A DNA stretch of 64,000 nucleotides from the human T2T-CHM13v2.0 reference genome, Homo sapiens: the NCBI RefSeq assembly GCF_009914755.1, contig NC_060948.1, one strand, 5' to 3'. The position numbers and the translations under genes are program-made. Positions 59,401 to 64,000 of the stretch are shown in pieces. The first letter of the stretch is position 1; each line of letters starts with the position of its first letter. Under the pieces are notes generated by a model. The model did not search any database. It was given only the letters and a program-made list of their open reading frames with translations, and was not told the origin of the DNA.

Positions 59401-62400
59401 CGTATGGAATGGCATCAAACGGAATGGAATGGACAGCCACGGAATGGAATGCACTCGAATCCAATGGAGTCGAAACTAATGGACTGGAATAGAATGGACT
59501 CGACTGGTACGGACTCCAATGGAATGGAATCGAATGGAAGGGAATCGAACGGAATGGACTCGAAGGGAAAAGACTGCAATGGAAAGGTCTCGAATGGAAT
59601 GGAAATTAATGGAATGGAATGGAATCGAATGAAATGGAGTCAAAAGGAATGGAATCGAATGGCAAGACATCGAATGTAATGGAATCGCAAGGAATTGATG
59701 TGAACGGAACGGAATGGAATGGAATCCAAAGAAATGGAATAGAATGGAATGGAATCGAATGGAAAGGACTCGAATGGAAATCACTCGAATAGAATGCAAT
59801 TTAATAAAATAGGATGAAATGTAATGGAATGGAATGGAAAGGAATCGAAACGAAAGGAATGGAGACAGATGGAATGGAATGGAACAGAGAGCAATGGTAT
59901 AGAATGGAATGGAATCATCTGGAATGGAATTGAATGGAATGGAATAATATGAAATGGAATGGAATGGAATGGAATGCCCTTGAATTAAATGGACTGGAAT
60001 GGAATGGACTCGAACAGAGTGGAATGGAAAGTGTTGAGATAGAATGGAATGGACTCGTTGGGAATGGTCTAGTATGCAATGCAATCGACTGGCAGGGAAT
60101 CAAAAGGAATGTAATCGAATGGATTGGACTGGAATGCAATGGACTCGAATAGATTGGAAACGGAATGCAAAGGAATGGAATGGAATAGTATGGAATGGAA
60201 TGGAAAGGAATGGAGTGGAATAGACTAGAGTGGAATGGAATGGACTCGAAAGCAATGGACTGGAATGGAACTTTCTTGAATGGACTGGAATCAAACGGAA
60301 TGGAATGCAATGCAATCAAATGGCATGGAATAAAATAGAATGAAAGAGAATCAAATGGAATGGAATCGAATGGAATCGAATGGATTGGAAAGGAATAGAA
60401 TGGAATGGAATGGAATTGATTCAAATGGAATGGACTAGAATGGAATGGATTCGAATGGAAGGCAAAGGAATGGAATCTATTGGAATGGACTGCAATGGAA
60501 TGGAATGGAAGGGATTGGAATGGACTCGAATGGAATGGACTGCAATAGAAAGGATTCGAATGGCATGAAAAAGAATTGAATGGAATAGAACAGAATGGAA
60601 TCAAATCGAATGAAATGGAATGGAATAGAAAGGAATGGAATGAAATGGAATGGAAAGGATTCGAATGGAATGCAATCGAATGGAATGGAATCGAACGGAA
60701 TGGAATAAAATGGAAGCAAACTGGCAAGAAATGGAATCGAAATGAATGGAGTGTTATGGATCGGACTCAAAATGAATTGAATGTAATAGAATGGAGTGGA
60801 GTGGACTCGAATATAATGGACTGGAATGGAATGAAATCACATGGAATGGGAACGAATGGAATGGAATGGAAAGGAATGGAATCGAATGGAAAGGAATCGA
60901 ATGGAAGGGAATGAAATTGAATCAACAGGAATGGAAGGGAATAGAATAGACGGTAATGGAATGGACTCGAATAGAATGGACACGAATGCTCAAATTGAAT
61001 GGACTCGAATGGAATGGAAACGAAAGGAATGTCATCGAATGGAATGGAATCGATTGGAATGAAATCGCATAGAATGGAGTGGAATCAAATGGAATTGAAT
61101 CGAAAGGAAAGGAAGCGAATGGACTGAAATGAAATGGAATGGAATTGAATGGAAAGTAATGCAATGGAATAGAATGGAACGAAATTTCACGGAATGGAAT
61201 CAAACTGAATGGAATCAAATCAATGGAATATAATCAAATGGAATGGAAAGGAATTGAATGGAGTAGATGGGATTGGATGGGATTGGAATGAAATGTACTG
61301 GAAAGGACTCGAATTTCATGAAACGGAATGGAATGAATTGGAACGGAATGGACTCGAATGGAATGGAATGTCATGGAATGGCATCAAATGGAATGGCATC
61401 AAATGGAATGGAATCGAATGCAATGGAATGCTATGGAATGGAATGGAATGCATTGGAATGGAATGTCCTCTAATGGAATGGATTCGAGTGGAATGGAATC
61501 GAATATAATGGAGTCGAATGAAATGGAATTGAAAGGAATGGGATCGAATACAATGGAATATACTGGAATGTAATGTAATGAACTCGAATGTAATTGACTG
61601 GAATGGAATGTACATGAATGGAATGTAATCGAATGGAAAGTAATCCAATGGAATAGAATCTAATGCAATAAAATCGACTCAGATAGAGTAGAATGTAATG
61701 GAATGGAGTGCAGTGCAATGGAATGGAATGGAATGGAATGCAATGGAATGGAATGGAATGGGATGGAATGGTATGGAATGGATAGTAATGGACTGGAGTG
61801 AAATGGACTGGAAAGGAATGGACTCAAATTGAAAGGGCTCGAAAGGAATGGAGTCAAATGGAATGGTCTGGAATGGAATGAACACGAATGTAATGCAATC
61901 CAATAGAATGGAATCGAATGGCATGGAATAAAAAGAAATGCAATCGAAGAGAATGGAAACAAACGGAATGGAATTGAATGGAATGGAATTGAATGGAATG
62001 GGAACGAATGGAGTGAAATTGTATGCAGTAGAAGAGAATAGAATGGAATGCAAGCGAAAGGAAAGGAATGGATTGGAATGGAATGGAATTCATTGGAATG
62101 GAAGGGAATGTAGTGTAATGGACAGGCCTGGAATAAAGTGGAATGCTACGGTCTCGAATGGAATAAAAATGTATGGAATGGAATGCAATGAAACGGAATC
62201 GAATGTCATAGAATGTAATGGAATGCAAAAAAATGGAATCCAAAATCATTGACTGGAAAGGCTGGGTGTCGAAAGGAATTGACTCCAATGGAATGGAATC
62301 GAATGGAATGGAAGTGAATAGAATCGAACTAAATCGAATGGAATGGAATTGATAGGAACGGAATGGAAAGGAATGCAATGATTTGGCATGGAATGGAATC

Positions 62401-63491
62401 GAATGGCATCGAATGGAATGGAATGGAATGCAATGCAATGGAAAGTATTAGAATGTAATGAACTTTAATGGAATGTACTCGAATGGATTCGACTGGAATG
62501 GAATGTTCTGGAAGTGAATGGACTCCAATGGAATGGATTGAAAAGGAATGGAATCGTACGGAATGGAATCTAATGGAATGGAATTAAATGGAAATGAATC
62601 AAATTGAATAGCACGAAATTGAATTGAATGGAATCGAATGCAATGGAATCTAATGAAATGGAAAGGAAAGGAATGGAATGGAATGGGCTGGAATGGAAAG
62701 GAATCGAAACGAATGGAATGGAATCGAACTGAGGAGACTGGAATGGAATACACTTCAATGGAAGGGAATGTAATGGAAGCTTCTCGAAAAAAATGGAAAC
62801 GAATGGAATGGAATTGAATGGAACGGAATAGAGTCGAATGGAATTGAATGGAATGGAATGGACTAGAGTGAAATGGAATCGAACCACAAGGAATGGACAG
62901 GAATAGAATGGTCTCGAATTGAACGGAATCGTATGGAATGGCATCAAACCGAATGGAATGGACAGCCACGGAATGGAATGCACTCGAATCCAATGGAGTC
63001 GAAACTAATGGACTGGAATAGAATGGACTCGACTGGTACGGACTCCAATGGAATGGAATCGAATGGAAGGGAATCGAACGGAATGGACTCGAAGGGAAAA
63101 GACTGCAATGGAAAGGTCTCGAATGGAATGGAAATTAATGGAATGGAATGGAATCGAATGAAATGGAGTCAAAAGGAATGGAATCGAATGGCAAGACATC
63201 GAATGTAATGGAATCGCAAGGAATTGATGTGAACGGAACGGAATGGAATGGAATCCAAAGAAATGGAATAGAATGGAATGGAATCGAATGGAAAGGACTC
63301 GAATGGAAATCACTCGAATAGAATGCAATTTAATAAAATAGGATGAAATGTAATGGAATGGAATGGAAAGGAATCGAAACGAAAGGAATGGAGACAGATG
63401 GAATGGAATGGAACAGAGAGCAATGGTATAGAATGGAATGGAATCATCTGGAATGGAATTGAATGGAATGGAATAATATGAAATGGAATGG
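56434..63491 (+). repeat. DYZ1 units U17-U18 (2 x 3529 bp; starts 56434, 59963)
   Basis: 3529 spacing. Both share variants with U15. Confidence 0.9.
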
Positions 63492-64000
63492 AATGGAATG
63501 GAATGCCCTTGAATTAAATGGACTGGAATGGAATGGACTCGAACAGAGTGGAATGGAAAGTGTTGAGATAGAATGGAATGGACTCGTTGGGAATGGTCTA
63601 GTATGCAATGCAATCGACTGGCAGGGAATCAAAAGGAATGTAATCGAATGGATTGGACTGGAATGCAATGGACTCGAATAGATTGGAAACGGAATGCAAA
63701 GGAATGGAATGGAATAGTATGGAATGGAATGGAAAGGAATGGAGTGGAATAGACTAGAGTGGAATGGAATGGACTCGAAAGCAATGGACTGGAATGGAAC
63801 TTTCTTGAATGGACTGGAATCAAACGGAATGGAATGCAATGCAATCAAATGGCATGGAATAAAATAGAATGAAAGAGAATCAAATGGAATGGAATCGAAT
63901 GGAATCGAATGGATTGGAAAGGAATAGAATGGAATGGAATGGAATTGATTCAAATGGAATGGACTAGAATGGAATGGATTCGAATGGAAGGCAAAGGAAT
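63492..64000 (+). repeat. DYZ1 unit U19 (partial, truncated by window end)
   Basis: First 509 bp of the unit. Confidence 0.9.

Larger units (their letters stand above)
1..64000 (+). repeat. DYZ1: Human Satellite 3 tandem array, DYZ1 (Yq12, HSat3A6) family; ~18.1 copies of a ~3.53 kb unit built from diverged GGAAT pentamers
   Basis: Continuous degenerate (GGAAT)n on +. Identical pseudo-ORFs recur at 418, 3947, 7471, 10995, 14524, 18053, 21582, 25111, 28640, 32169, 35693, 39222, 42751, 46280, 49808, 53337, 56851 and 60380 (spacing mostly 3529). Each unit has one canonical AGGCCT and one GAATTC. The minus strand read from the HaeIII site is CCTGTCCATTACACTACATTCCCTTCCATTCCAATGAATTCC, which I recognise as the start of the published DYZ1 HaeIII monomer. 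Confidence 0.95.

Noticed and set aside
2-63953. Hundreds of 60-270 aa ORFs on both strands
   Set aside because: They are the forced translation of a 5-bp repeat (MEWNG on +, IPFHS on -). (ATTCC)n has no stop codons, the ORFs overlap in all frames and recur every unit, and they show no domain or codon structure.
1-64000. CRISPR-like or other repeat-spacer system
   Set aside because: There are no unique spacers between conserved repeats and no associated genes. The whole 3.5-kb unit is repeated.
1-64000. DYZ2/HSat1B blocks, Alu or L1 insertions, inversions
   Set aside because: Unit spacing accounts for every base (3514-3529 bp), leaving no room for insertions, and the G-rich strand stays on + throughout.
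1-64000. Alternative identity as HSat2, an autosomal HSat3 or a telomeric repeat
   Set aside because: The 3.5-kb period, the single HaeIII/EcoRI landmarks and the DYZ1 primer sites fit DYZ1. There are no TTAGGG arrays, and the regular ATCATC-containing 23/26-bp pattern typical of HSat2 is absent.

Overview
The whole 64 kb window is one uninterrupted head-to-tail array of human Satellite 3 DNA, a diverged (GGAAT)n pentamer on + and (ATTCC)n on -. It is organised into a ~3.53 kb higher-order unit that matches the Yq12 heterochromatin repeat DYZ1 (HSat3A6). The match rests on one canonical HaeIII/StuI site and one EcoRI site per unit, and on exact matches to the classical DYZ1 sexing primer sites (recalled from memory). 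Counting from position 1 there are 18 complete units and a partial 19th: 13 of 3529 bp, three of 3524, one of 3528 and one of 3514. Units differ by only a handful of SNVs. I see no genes, RNA genes, transposons, DYZ2 blocks or inversions, and every ORF in the track is a translation of the pentamer (MEWNG / IPFHS periodicity). I found no evidence of a new protein-coding system. Two things are worth a second look. First, each unit carries three perfect inverted heat-shock elements (nGAAnnTTCnnGAAn). Second, the array's recent history is readable from shared variants: 3-unit, 2-unit and 1-unit duplications, mosaic units, small indels and unit-private restriction sites. All variant calls were made by eye with help from the ORF track and should be confirmed by alignment.
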